Position numbers and translations under genes: made by a program
The notes under the pieces: model-generated
Databases searched by the model: none
Told to the model about the DNA's origin: nothing
The model's input: the letters and a program-made list of their open reading frames with translations, nothing else
Shown: positions 1-9,750 of the stretch, piece after piece
Numbering within the stretch: the first letter of the stretch is position 1
Layout of the letters: every line of letters begins with the position of its first letter
Assembly (NCBI GenBank): GCA_037446635.1
Contig: JBBIIG010000014.1
Span: 16,294 to 80,293, forward strand
From: a bacterium
Lineage (GTDB): Bacteria; Zhuqueibacterota; Zhuqueibacteria; Oceanimicrobiales; Oceanimicrobiaceae
DNA length: 64,000 nt
Direction: 5' to 3'

Positions 1-1
1 G

Positions 2-178
2 CAGCGTACGGACAACCGCAGTGACTACGGAATGCAATGCCGGGTCTATTTTGTGGATGGCCATTTCACCGGCGTACCGAGTAAGCAAATGATTCAGGTA
101 GCCTTGCAGCACGCGCTGGCTGAGCAACAGGGAATCTCAGTCTTAATTACACGGAGCAATAATGGAGGATTGAATTGA
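2..178 (+). other. 3' end of an upstream ORF running in from the window edge
   Basis: Frame 2 is open from position 2 to TGA at 176-178 ('...MQCRVYFVDGHFTGVPSKQMIQVALQHALAEQQGISVLITRSNNGGLN*') with no start codon inside the window. No family recognised. Confidence 0.2.
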
Positions 179-259
179 TGGATTAATGAAAGACAAACCG
201 CATGAATCCACCGATCCATATATCCATTAATCCTTTGGAAATTTAGAGGAGAAAAGACG

Positions 260-1246
260 ATGACACTCAAAGTAATCTTCTTGACGGGTTTCATTATGGT
301 GTTGGCTTCCGCGCTCTACGCACAGTCAAAAGATTTGCCAGCGGAGTACAAACAGATTCTGCCGCGCGGACAAATTGCGGCCATCACGCAGCCGCAATTT
401 GTTCCAGCCGACAAAGCCGAAATCGCCGATGACTCGTGGGTGCTGGGCGTGGTCATCGACGGTCAGGCACGGGCGTACAGCTTGAATCTGTTGAACAGCC
501 ATGAAGTGGTGAACGACCAAATCGGAGAGCAGGCTTTTGCCGCGGTGTGGTGACCGCTGGCTAATACCGGCGTCGTGTACGACCGCAAATATCAAGATAA
601 AACCATCACGTTTGAAGCTTCGGGCGGGCTGCTAAACAGCGCGTTGGTCATGCAGGATCGCGAGACCGATAGTTACTGGCCGATTATGCAGGGCGAGGCC
701 ATCGCCGGCGAAATGAAGGGGACGAAGTTAAAAGAAATGCCGGTCGCTGAAAAAGTCCAGTGGAAGGATTGGGTCAAAAAGCACCCGAACACATTGGTGC
801 TCTCGGTGAACGGCCGCGAAGACGGCTTCAATCCCTACAAAACATATTTTGAATCGAAAGAAGGCTTTCGCGGGACGGCGGCAAAGGATCGGCGTTTGGC
901 AACTAAGGAGCCGATCTTCGCTTTTCATTATCAAGGAAAAAGTTACGCGGTACCTTATAAGAATTTTGAGGGCGGCAAAACCTTCGATTTGAATGGTGTG
1001 AAACTCTTTCTCTATCGTCCGCCAAAATCCGAAATTTTCTACTCCACCGCGGCCTTTGCGGCTGCGGGTGATGGGTTTAAGATCGAAAACGGAAAGTGGT
1101 ACCACGTGGATTCGGGCTGCCAGTTTAATCCGAATTCGGGTTCATTTGAAAAGGGACCGGGAGCGTGCCCGGAGAAATTTCATGGGTTTGATACCTTTTG
1201 GTACAATTGGAGTTTGTCCAATCCGGATACCCAACTTTTACGGTAA
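260..1246 (+). CDS. DUF3179-family secreted protein interrupted by an in-frame TGA at 551-553 (possible selenocysteine site or pseudogene)
   Basis: ORFs 260..553 and 575..1246 are in the same frame (both = 2 mod 3). The first has a signal peptide (MTLKVIFLTGFIMVLASALYAQS). Read through the stop, the sequence is '...EQAFAAVW*PLANTGVVYDRKY...', which matches the DUF3179 core, so the TGA lies where family members carry the first Cys of the conserved CPLC-type motif, by my recollection of the family. There is an RBS-like GAGGAG upstream of 260. Confidence 0.5.
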
Positions 1247-1354
1247 TTGTAATGAAATGGATTTAACTTTCCGAGAGGAGGTGAAAGAGGAGAGCAAGTA
1301 ACCCCTTTAACTCGCTGTCAAAATTATTCATTCACAAAAAACGGGAGGGTTCCA

Positions 1355-1978
1355 ATGAAAGCATTCAGGACTTTGGTCGTATTCGCTCTGGCAACGGTTG
1401 TAGCTTTTGCTCTGGTCAATCTTTCAGCGCAGGAAACCAAGCATCAGCCCAAACCGCTCACCGAAGAGCAAAAAATGATGATGAAAAACATGGCCATGAA
1501 AAACATGGATAAGTTCATGGCCAGCAAAGACGCCATGATGCAGCTACCTCAGCATCTGAAAAAAACCCAGGACGAATCTATTAAGCTGGGGGAAGAATTA
1601 TTTAATTCGAAGACCGCGCTCAGCACCAATGGCCAGGCTTGCGCCAGTTGTCACCCCGGCGGCGGCACCACCGGCGGCGAAGCCGAGACGCCTATGGCCA
1701 GCGAGGTGACGGGCAAACCGTATAAACTGCCCATCCCGACTCTCATTGGCTCGGCGGCCACGTTTCCGAAATACAAAATTCCTAATGATGCGGTTATTAC
1801 CGTGGGCGATATGGCCAACAACTGCATCATGATGTTTATGGCTGCGCAGCCGCTTGACCCCAAAAGCAAAGAATTTAAGGCGTTGTCTGCTTACGTGACC
1901 TCCTTGAGCAACGAGGACAAAGTGTCGGTGGGAGAAGTGCCAGAGATGATGAAAAAAATGATGGGCGAAAAGAAGTAG
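1355..1978 (+). CDS. secreted monoheme c-type cytochrome
   Basis: Signal peptide (MKAFRTLVVFALATVVAFALVNLSAQE), a single CxxCH heme-binding motif (CASCH) and a Met-rich tail. GGAGG lies upstream of the ATG. Confidence 0.7.
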   Translation: MKAFRTLVVFALATVVAFALVNLSAQETKHQPKPLTEEQKMMMKNMAMKNMDKFMASKDAMMQLPQHLKKTQDESIKLGEELFNSKTALSTNGQACASCHPGGGTTGGEAETPMASEVTGKPYKLPIPTLIGSAATFPKYKIPNDAVITVGDMANNCIMMFMAAQPLDPKSKEFKALSAYVTSLSNEDKVSVGEVPEMMKKMMGEKK

Positions 1979-2058
1979 CTTTTCCATAACTGTGATAACC
2001 CTGACGGGGTTCGCAACCCTGTCAGGGTTAAAACCATTGCACAAACTTTAAATTAGTC

Positions 2059-3072
2059 ATGAAGATTGTCAATATCTGTTTACTATTTGTGGTAGTAAGT
2101 TTGTCTATTGTAACCGCGCAAGATGGTGAAGATGCTGCGCGCTGGAAGAACACGCCGCAGGAGGCTTTCTTAAACAGCGAAATTGTTCAAACCTATCAAT
2201 GCACCAGTTGCCACACCATCGCCGAGCGCGGGGGTACCGTCGGGCCGATCCTGAATCAAGTGGGCAATCGCCGAACCGAAGAGTGGCTGCGCCGCTGGCT
2301 GGCCGACCCGCAGCAGGTTAAGCCCGGAACCAAGATGCCCAAGTTTGATTTCACGCCCGAGCAATTGGATGCGGTGGTCGGCTATTTGACCAACATGAAA
2401 AAAACGCTCCGCACCGATGCCATTCTCGCGCAAAACAAATCTTTAATCGAAACAGGCGAGATGCTGTTTGAGGATTACGATTGCCTGGCCTGCCATCGCG
2501 TGGGCTCCGACGGCAGATTTATCGGGCCGGACTTAACCTGGGTTGGGTTGCGAAAGACCGCGGCCTGGGAAAAAACCTGGCTGGCCGATCCCCCCGGATT
2601 TAAGCCCGATACCTTCATGCCTAATTTTCATATCCCGCAAAAGGGAATAGAAGCGCTGGCGGAGTATCTGCATAACCAGCAAGGACAGAAAAATGCCGAT
2701 TCGCAGGAGTGGGAATTTCGCACCAACTTCTTTCTGGGAAACAGCGATCGCGAACGCGGCGAATTGGTATTCAAGCGCTTTGCGTGTTGGGCGTGCCACG
2801 GTGAGAGCGGCAGCGGCGGCATCAAAAATCCCAACATGGCGCCCGACGAAATGATGCCGCCGCTGAAAGAAGCCGCGGTGAAATATACCGAAGCCGAGCT
2901 TTTGGCGCGGCTGAAAACGAAAACCGCGCCCCGGTCGCTGGATGGCAATAAACCAGCTCCGCCATTTTTCTGTCCGGACTATGGCAATTATATGGAAACT
3001 TCCGAATTCAGCGACCTTTACGCTTATTTGAAATCATTCGCGCCCAAGAAACTCAAGTGGCGGTTTAATTAA
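2059..3072 (+). CDS. secreted triheme c-type cytochrome (three class-I cytochrome c domains)
   Basis: Signal peptide, then three CxxCH motifs (CTSCH, CLACH, CWACH) spaced about 100 aa apart, each followed by a KMP/FMP-type Met ligand region. Confidence 0.7.
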   Translation: MKIVNICLLFVVVSLSIVTAQDGEDAARWKNTPQEAFLNSEIVQTYQCTSCHTIAERGGTVGPILNQVGNRRTEEWLRRWLADPQQVKPGTKMPKFDFTPEQLDAVVGYLTNMKKTLRTDAILAQNKSLIETGEMLFEDYDCLACHRVGSDGRFIGPDLTWVGLRKTAAWEKTWLADPPGFKPDTFMPNFHIPQKGIEALAEYLHNQQGQKNADSQEWEFRTNFFLGNSDRERGELVFKRFACWACHGESGSGGIKNPNMAPDEMMPPLKEAAVKYTEAELLARLKTKTAPRSLDGNKPAPPFFCPDYGNYMETSEFSDLYAYLKSFAPKKLKWRFN

Positions 3073-3280
3073 GTAAGCGGCATTATTCACAGACGGCAAA
3101 AGGTGAGGACGACATCTACATTGAAGTTTATTAATCCAAATGGGAGTAATGGATTATTGGATCGTTGGATCGTAACGCAAACCTCAGGTTTGCCCGCCTG
3201 CCTAAGGCCTCTGGCGGGCAGCTCAAAGCGGAGCTTTGAGTTACATATATAAAATTATCCAAGCTAAAAGGAGCAGAATC

Positions 3281-4012
3281 GTGTCAGTCAGGAAAGTTTT
3301 TTCGATAGCTTTGCTAGCGGTAGTTGCGCTCATCTATTTGGCCAATCATCGTACCTCCGAGGCCAGTTTAAACGGCGGCGCCGTCACCGGCGTGGTGCGA
3401 TTTCCTGGGGAGTATCCGGATCGCGAAAAGATCATGATCACCAAAGACCAGCAGGTTTGCGGCGCGTTTCAGTACTCGGAGATTTTTGTGGTGGCGGAAG
3501 AAAACCACGGGTTGAAAAACGTCGTGATTACGCTGGTAAATGTCAAAGGTGGGCAAGCGCCGGCCGCGGTAACGGCCACCATCGATCAGAAAGGGTGCCG
3601 CTATATGCCCCACGTGCAGGCCGTGCCGGTCGGCAGCAATTTGGAAATTCTGAATAGCGATGGCATCTTGCATAACATTCATGCCTATTACAATGGACTG
3701 GATCCTAAAAATACCGTCTTTAATAAAGCCCAACCTAAGTTTCTCAAAAAAATCACTCATACGCTGGATAAGGCCGGGATGTACTACTTCAAGTGCGATG
3801 TGCACAGTCACATGAGCGCGTATGTGGCGGTGATGGATCACCCGTATTATGCGGTGAGCGATGACTACGGTAAATTTACGATCGATAACGTGCCTCCCGG
3901 TTCCTATAAAATTCAAGCCTGGCATGAGGCTCTCGGCGTTTTAGAGAAGAACGTTACCGTCGCGGCTGGCAAAACCACTGATGTAAATTTTGATATTTTG
4001 CCAAATGAGTAA
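3281..4012 (+). CDS. cupredoxin (blue copper, plastocyanin/azurin-like) fused to a C-terminal CarboxypepD_reg-like beta-sandwich
   Basis: Type-1 copper ligand pattern H...C-x2-H-x4-M ('ILHNIHAY' ... 'FKCDVHSHMSAYV'). The C-terminus ('GKFTIDNVPPGSYKIQAWHEALGV') resembles a carboxypeptidase-regulatory domain. The start is taken as GTG 3281, 7 nt after AAAGGAG. An in-frame TTG at 3236 is an alternative. Confidence 0.6.
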   Translation: MSVRKVFSIALLAVVALIYLANHRTSEASLNGGAVTGVVRFPGEYPDREKIMITKDQQVCGAFQYSEIFVVAEENHGLKNVVITLVNVKGGQAPAAVTATIDQKGCRYMPHVQAVPVGSNLEILNSDGILHNIHAYYNGLDPKNTVFNKAQPKFLKKITHTLDKAGMYYFKCDVHSHMSAYVAVMDHPYYAVSDDYGKFTIDNVPPGSYKIQAWHEALGVLEKNVTVAAGKTTDVNFDILPNE

Positions 4013-4033
4013 TTTATCGAGAGAATGTGAATC

Positions 4034-4520
4034 ATGAAAAAGCTGTTCTTCTATTTTTTAGCCATTTCTAGTTTATTGTTAGTCTCGTGCAATAGTGACC
4101 AACCGTTGGGCAGCAATGACGGGGCAAATCCGAGTAAGTCGGGTTTCGGGGTCTCCGGACTTTTGTTTGAGAACAACCTGGTGATGTGGGATCGCGAGAA
4201 CCAAGGCAGCCGCAGCGAATTATTTCCACAAATGTATTTCACCCGCGCCGACGCCGCCGACTTTCCCACCTGGGACACATTTCCTTCCAACCAGATGGTT
4301 TCCGGCGGTCCGCCACGTGATGGCATACCTGCGCTGACCAATCCCAGAATCGTATCCTCAACTTCATAAGTAACGCGAATCCATTTCAGATGACTGATAA
4401 CGAGACCAACAGCGTTTGGAACATCAAAGGCGAGGCGATTTCCGGTGCACTCTCCGGCGTGAAGCTGACACAGATTCCCGCATACAATGTCAAATCTCAA
4501 TATCGTCGTTCCGATTGCTG
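4034..4520 (+). pseudogene. degraded second DUF3179-family lipoprotein gene (N-terminal 111 aa and C-terminal ~45 aa in different frames, middle missing)
   Basis: ORF 4034..4369 has a lipoprotein signal (LLLVSC) and the DUF3179 N-motif 'GGPPRDGIPALTNPRIVS'. Downstream, frame 0 reads a typical DUF3179 C-terminus ('...[34 protein letters not shown]', stop 4518-4520). The roughly 200 aa that normally lie between the two pieces are absent. Confidence 0.5.
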
Positions 4521-4907
4521 AATGGGGAGGTCGTTGGCGCTCATGTCTCTTCGCCTCATGAGACCCTCCTCATCGAACTCCCAGTGCTCGTTGCCGTGCG
4601 TACGATACCATTGACCGGTATCGGCATCGCGCCATTCGTATTCAAAGCGCACGGAAATGCGGTTATCTGTGTAAGCCCAGAGTTCCTTCATGAGGCGGTA
4701 ATCCAATTCTTTCGCCCACTTTCGTTTCAAAAACTCTTTAATCGCTTCTCTCCCGGTGAAAAATTCAGTGCGGTTTCGCCATTGGGAATCTTCCGTATAA
4801 GCGAGCACAACCCGTTCGGGGTCGCGGGTATTCCAGGCGTCTTCAGCAGCCTTTACTTTCGCCCGTGCGGTCTCTGCAGTGAATGGAGGTTTTATCGGTT
4901 GCTTCAT
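4497..4907 (-). CDS. DUF1348 family protein (NTF2-like fold)
   Basis: The sequence '[58 protein letters not shown]...' matches the strongly conserved DUF1348 signature. Confidence 0.75.
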   Translation of the reverse strand: MKQPIKPPFTAETARAKVKAAEDAWNTRDPERVVLAYTEDSQWRNRTEFFTGREAIKEFLKRKWAKELDYRLMKELWAYTDNRISVRFEYEWRDADTGQWYRTHGNEHWEFDEEGLMRRRDMSANDLPIQQSERRY

Positions 4908-4942
4908 TTTGTGGTTCTCCTCTTGGTAAATTGAATTTATTT

Positions 4943-5275
4943 TTATAAAAGCGTTTTCAGCCTCTCTGTCAACTCACTTTTTGAAATCACCCCGTTTAGT
5001 CGGTCGATCACTCTACCATTTTTGAAAAAGAGCATGGTTGGGATACATTCAATCCCAAATGTCGTGGCGATCGCAGGGTACTCGTCCGCGTTTATTTTCG
5101 CAAAATTAGCTTTACCAGAGAATTCCAGCGCCAAATCTTCGACGATGGCTGTCATGATTTCAGAAGCCCCACTCCAACTGGTCGAGAATAGCACCAGAAC
5201 CGGGAGTACGTTTTCGAGGACCCGGTGATTGAAATTCTTGCTCGTTAATATGATCGTTCTATTGGTTCTCGGCAT
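4943..5275 (-). CDS. thioredoxin-fold protein with active site WSGAS in place of WCGPC (no catalytic cysteines)
   Basis: Thioredoxin-like layout: '[27 protein letters not shown]...[37 protein letters not shown]'. Start chosen at the internal Met (MPRTNRTI) to avoid overlapping the neighbouring gene. The longest ORF runs to 5323. Confidence 0.6.
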   Translation of the reverse strand: MPRTNRTIILTSKNFNHRVLENVLPVLVLFSTSWSGASEIMTAIVEDLALEFSGKANFAKINADEYPAIATTFGIECIPTMLFFKNGRVIDRLNGVISKSELTERLKTLL

Positions 5276-5295
5276 CGATGTTTTTATGTCATTCG

Positions 5296-5898
5296 TTACA
5301 ACCGAATTCTTGCTGGGCAACACGATCTTAAAATATCCGGGTTTAATTTAGCGATTTCTTCGGCAATTTCTTCACTGGTGAATCGGGGTGTGATATGCTG
5401 CGGGCAGTTCCAATCAAAAGCCTGGATTTTGAAAATGATCAGACGCTCAATGTTGGCTTTGTAATCGGGCATCTTCAGTTCTTTTAACAATTCAGCATTC
5501 TGCTCGGCGTCGATCATTTCTGATTCAGCCCATATTTTCAGACGTTGTTGAGAAGGATAGTCCATTAAGAATAGTGACGCTTTACGGCTCGAATTGATGT
5601 TGCCAACACTGATGTATTGCATGTTGCCGCGAAAATCGGCATAGCCGAGCGTGGTGCTATCGATTACTTTCAGAAATCCTTTCGGACCACCGCGGAATTG
5701 CACATACGGCCAGCCGTTTTCGCCAACGGTAGCCATGTAAAAGCTGTCCCTTGATTCAATAAAAGAAATTTCTCTGTTTGTTAGAACATATTGGTTGCCG
5801 GACGCTTCCACACGGGCGTAGGATTGGCGAGAGCCGTACCGTTGCTGAGCCCTTCTAACGCTATCGGTGAAAGCAAACTTGGTGAAATTCTGGTTCAT
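5296..5898 (-). CDS. pyridoxamine 5'-phosphate oxidase-related FMN-binding family protein
   Basis: 'FTDSVRRAQQRYGSRQSYARVE...FYMATVGENGWPYVQFRGGPKGFLKVID...LGYADFRGNMQYISVGNI' matches the PNPOx-like split-barrel family. ORF of 200 aa. Confidence 0.65.
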   Translation of the reverse strand: MNQNFTKFAFTDSVRRAQQRYGSRQSYARVEASGNQYVLTNREISFIESRDSFYMATVGENGWPYVQFRGGPKGFLKVIDSTTLGYADFRGNMQYISVGNINSSRKASLFLMDYPSQQRLKIWAESEMIDAEQNAELLKELKMPDYKANIERLIIFKIQAFDWNCPQHITPRFTSEEIAEEIAKLNPDILRSCCPARIRL

Positions 5899-5961
5899 GA
5901 TTTTCCTTTTCTTAAACCTCGAAGCCGCGACAGTGAGCCTGCCGCGGCCTTGAGTTTCCGG

Positions 5962-6975
5962 TTATTTCTCCGCGACCAGTTCAAGCTTCGTTGTCAAAAA
6001 GTTTCGGATGTAGCTGGCAATTAGCTCACCATCCTCTTCGAGCGCAAAATGACCCGTGTCCAGCAAATGAAATTCGATGTTCTTTAAGTCACGTTTGTAG
6101 GGATGAGCCCCTTCCGCCGGGAAGATGTAGTCATTCTTGCCCCAAACGATGAGTGTCGGCGGTTGATACTCTCTGAAATAGGCTTGCCAGCGGGGGTACA
6201 AAGGAACATTGGTTTGATAATCATAAAATAATTGCAGCTGTATGGCGGGATTGCCTTCACGTGTCAGATGTCTCAAGTCCATGTTCCACGTGTCGGGGCT
6301 AATGACTTCTTTATTCCTGACGCCATGGGTAAATTGCCATTCGACGCCTTCCTTGGTTATGAATCCTTTGAGCGGCTCCGCATTTTCGGGCGTCCTATCA
6401 TTCCAATATTTCTTTATTGGAACCCAGAACTCTCTCAGTCCTTCGTCGTAGGCGTTGCCATTCTGTACGATGAGCGCTTGCACTCTTTCTGGATGCTTTG
6501 CCGCGATTCGGAAACCCACCGGGGCGCCGTAGTCCATCAAATATATTGAATAAGATTGGATGCCGAGCTGATCCAGAAACTTCTCGATTAGCAGACTATA
6601 ATTATCAAAGCTGTATTCAAACTTGTCCATGGTTGGCTGATCGCTATTTCCAAAGCCCGGGTAGTCGGGAGCAACCAAATGGAACTGATCAGAGAGGGAT
6701 GGGATCAAGTTGCGAAACATGTGGGAAGAAGTCGGAAAACCGTGCAGCAGCAGAATCGTTGGTGCATTGTCAGGTCCGGCCTCGCGATAGAAGATGTTCA
6801 GGCCATCTACATTAACAGTTTTGTAAAAGGTGCGCTGAGTTCTTGAATCAGTTTTGGCCGTCTCTGCCGAGACCGGTTGTGCATCTTTTGTAAACACGGA
6901 CAAGCCAATAACACCGATGATTACAACTGCCGCCAGCATCAGGGCTTTCTGAAAATTAACTTGTAAATGCTTCAT
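5962..6975 (-). CDS. secreted alpha/beta-fold hydrolase (epoxide hydrolase / haloalkane dehalogenase-like)
   Basis: '[38 protein letters not shown]' matches the alpha/beta hydrolase family. Signal peptide present. Start at Met 6975, preceded by AAAGGA. The longest ORF runs to 7041. Confidence 0.7.
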   Translation of the reverse strand: MKHLQVNFQKALMLAAVVIIGVIGLSVFTKDAQPVSAETAKTDSRTQRTFYKTVNVDGLNIFYREAGPDNAPTILLLHGFPTSSHMFRNLIPSLSDQFHLVAPDYPGFGNSDQPTMDKFEYSFDNYSLLIEKFLDQLGIQSYSIYLMDYGAPVGFRIAAKHPERVQALIVQNGNAYDEGLREFWVPIKKYWNDRTPENAEPLKGFITKEGVEWQFTHGVRNKEVISPDTWNMDLRHLTREGNPAIQLQLFYDYQTNVPLYPRWQAYFREYQPPTLIVWGKNDYIFPAEGAHPYKRDLKNIEFHLLDTGHFALEEDGELIASYIRNFLTTKLELVAEK

Positions 6976-7083
6976 GGTCTTAAATCCTTTCTTTATTGAC
7001 TTCATCGTTTTTTCATGATGGAGAGCATTGGGGCTGCCCATCAGCTACAAGCGGACAGCCCAAGTCCTTTCCTTCATTGTTAA

Positions 7084-7830
7084 TTAATTAGTAGCGGTTG
7101 CTTGTTTGATGGCTTCGACGGCTTCCTCGGTGGTCCAAACGGCATTGGCGATGAAACGAAAATTGACCAGGGCCGCCGCATAGCCGTCGCCGTCGGGGAT
7201 GACAGCCGCTGCCGTTGCATCTTTGACCACGGCAACTTCAAAACCCTGTTCCAGCAATTCGCGCAAATGTGATTCGGTACACAGATTTGCCGACATGCCG
7301 GCGAGGATAACTTTGTCGATGCCCCGCTTGCGTAGTTGCAAAACCAGGTCATTTGCTTCCGGTCCGTAAACCTTGTGAGGGCTGGTAACCACGGTTTTGC
7401 CATCCTGAATGTAGGGTTTATAAATTTCGAGAAAGTCGGCGCCGGAGCCTTCAAAGCCGTCCAGGCTCAAGGCGTCTTTGCGGTCGAACATGCCGATGTT
7501 GTGCATCAGCACCTCCAGAGCGCCTCCGAATTTCCATCCTTTGTCCGTCGGGTAGTAATAGTGAGGCGAAACAAAAACCGGAAGGTTGTTTGCTTTCGCT
7601 ATTTTTAACAGGGCCTCAATGTTGGCGACCGTGTTGTTTTCCGTTACACTTTTTCCAACCACCCCCCAGGTCACACCGTCCGGACTCAAAAAGTCGTTTT
7701 GTGGGTCTGTGATGACGATTGCCGTACGCTGCGGATCGATTTTCATCCCTGGATTGGGAAGTTGTGCCATGCCAACTGAGACGATGCCCATCAAAAAAGC
7801 GACTACGATTGTTATTCTTACTGCTTTCAT
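7084..7830 (-). CDS. secreted isochorismatase-family (cysteine) hydrolase
   Basis: 'TAIVITDPQNDFLSPDG' and 'VILAGMSANLCTESHLRELLEQGFEVAVVKDATAA' are isochorismatase-family signatures. Signal peptide MKAVRITIVVAFLMGIVSVGMAQ. An AAGGAGG RBS lies before the Met at 7830. Confidence 0.7.
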   Translation of the reverse strand: MKAVRITIVVAFLMGIVSVGMAQLPNPGMKIDPQRTAIVITDPQNDFLSPDGVTWGVVGKSVTENNTVANIEALLKIAKANNLPVFVSPHYYYPTDKGWKFGGALEVLMHNIGMFDRKDALSLDGFEGSGADFLEIYKPYIQDGKTVVTSPHKVYGPEANDLVLQLRKRGIDKVILAGMSANLCTESHLRELLEQGFEVAVVKDATAAAVIPDGDGYAAALVNFRFIANAVWTTEEAVEAIKQATATN

Positions 7831-8062
7831 CTTCGTCCTCCTTAATAAGGATTCCTGATTGAGTTTAATTGATTGGTGATGATCATCACTACGGTCGAAG
7901 GCAAGGTGTATGCCACCTGAAATGGCGCAGGAAAATACCAGAGGCAATGGACTGATTATCTAATGGCTTAGGAGACCATCAGACATGTTTTGAAGAGAAT
8001 GAATGGTAGGAATAGAATCTTTGGGATTTCGTAGAACCGCGAAATATCACAGAAAAATGGGG

Positions 8063-9613
8063 CTAGACCGGTTTCCTGATGCCCAGCTTCTGCATGCGAG
8101 AGCGCAGGGTATTGGGATTAATTCCTAACCGCAAGGCCGCACCCTTCGGTCCTTCGATGCGCCACTTCGTTTCCTGAAGAACCGATATGATATGATTTCG
8201 TTCAACATCCTCAAGGGTGGCGACGCTTAAAGCCGGGCTTGATGGCTTTTTCAAGAGTTCTAAGCTTTCATCCACTTGCAGAGTTTTGCCTTTTGCGAGA
8301 ATGATCGCTCGTTCGATAATGTTTTCCAATTCTCTGACATTTCCCGGAAAATGATAGCCTTGCAGAGTCTGCATGACTTGTTGTGACACTTGGGAAATCT
8401 TCTTTCCCATTTTTGCTCCGTATTTTTTGACGAAATGGTTGATGAGCAACGGAATGTCTTCCCGGCGTTCCCGAAGTGGCGGGAGCCTAATAGGAAACAC
8501 ATTCATTCGGTAGAAAAGATCATTCCGGAACTCACCGGATTGAACGGCGTGTTCCAGGTCCCGATTGGTAGCAGCTATCACCCGAACATTTACTTTGAGA
8601 GTCTGCGTGCCGCCGACTCTTTCAAATTCACCTTCTTGCAAAACACGCAGAAGTTTAGCCTGTAAGTCCAAAGGCAACTCACCAATCTCATCCAGAAAAA
8701 TAGTACCGCCATTTGCCAATTCAAAACGGCCTTGCTTGCGAGACAGGGCTCCCGTAAATGCTCCTTTTTCGTGGCCGAAGAGTTCGCTTTCGATCAAATT
8801 GGCAGGCAATGCAGCGCAGTTAACTTTTACGAGCGGTCTTTCCCTGCGCGGACTAATCGTATGTAACGCGCGCGCAATGAGTTCCTTGCCGGTGCCGGTT
8901 TCTCCCAATATGAGCACCGTCGCATCTGTTACAGCTACCCTCTCCACATTTCTCAGGACTTTCTTAAACGGCTTACTCGTGCTAATGATTTCATCAAAGT
9001 TGTGTTCGAGTTTGATTTCTTCCTGTAAATAGACGTTTTCGGCCTGGAGCCGGTTTTTCAATTCCACAACTTCTGAGAAAAGCTGGGCGTTTTTAATTGC
9101 AATGGCCGCCTGGTTGGCAAAAACGGCCAGTCGATCAAATTCTGCCGGCGTCATGACCCGACGGCTGAACATGGCAATGACGCCAAGCAATTCACCGCGA
9201 AAGATAAGTGGGTGGCCTGCAAAGGACTGCAACATGTTCTCCACGAGCCACTTTTTGTTTGGGAGCCGATCATCGTTCAGCACATCATTTGTGGACAGCG
9301 GTTCTCTACTCTGGCCAATTTCTCCGATCTTTAATGCACCGAGAGGAACTCGCCGATACCCCCCATGCGTGCGTGTGTACATCCCGGCACTGGCCTTCAG
9401 GTGTAAGCATTGTTCTCGGCTGGAGCAGCTATCCGCTTTGTAGCATTCCGCGCACAGGTCGCCCGGACCGAGCAGCCAGATGCGTGCAAAGGCCGCGTCT
9501 AATTCATCTACCAGACCTTGGGTAATTGTGGTAAGCACTTCCTGAAGGTTCAGACGCGAGGTCATCTGGAGTGTGATACGCTCGAAACTGTCGTCTTTGA
9601 GTTTTTGCTTCAT
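8063..9613 (-). CDS. sigma-54-dependent transcriptional activator (GAF sensor + AAA+ + Fis-type HTH)
   Basis: Walker [24 protein letters not shown] (GAFTGA motif) and a C-terminal HTH. The N-terminal ~180 aa form a GAF-like domain. Confidence 0.85.
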   Translation of the reverse strand: MKQKLKDDSFERITLQMTSRLNLQEVLTTITQGLVDELDAAFARIWLLGPGDLCAECYKADSCSSREQCLHLKASAGMYTRTHGGYRRVPLGALKIGEIGQSREPLSTNDVLNDDRLPNKKWLVENMLQSFAGHPLIFRGELLGVIAMFSRRVMTPAEFDRLAVFANQAAIAIKNAQLFSEVVELKNRLQAENVYLQEEIKLEHNFDEIISTSKPFKKVLRNVERVAVTDATVLILGETGTGKELIARALHTISPRRERPLVKVNCAALPANLIESELFGHEKGAFTGALSRKQGRFELANGGTIFLDEIGELPLDLQAKLLRVLQEGEFERVGGTQTLKVNVRVIAATNRDLEHAVQSGEFRNDLFYRMNVFPIRLPPLRERREDIPLLINHFVKKYGAKMGKKISQVSQQVMQTLQGYHFPGNVRELENIIERAIILAKGKTLQVDESLELLKKPSSPALSVATLEDVERNHIISVLQETKWRIEGPKGAALRLGINPNTLRSRMQKLGIRKPV

Positions 9614-9750
9614 GAATGAATCAGCCTAACATATTATGAGCAGACGCGCCGCTTGCTGTCACAAATAATCTGGAGTGGGCAGAAAAGCAAGGCCTGAAGT
9701 CAACAATCGCGGCGGCAAATGTGTCGACCGGACGGATGTTGTTAATAATC

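Noticed and set aside
94-294. 66-aa minus-strand ORF overlapping the start of the DUF3179 gene
   Set aside because: It overlaps the MITE-like element and the promoter/RBS of a supported plus-strand gene and has no RBS. Likely spurious.
4416-4934. 172-aa ORF on the plus strand
   Set aside because: It lies entirely antisense to the well-supported DUF1348 gene (4497..4907 -) and is a shadow ORF of that GC-rich coding region.
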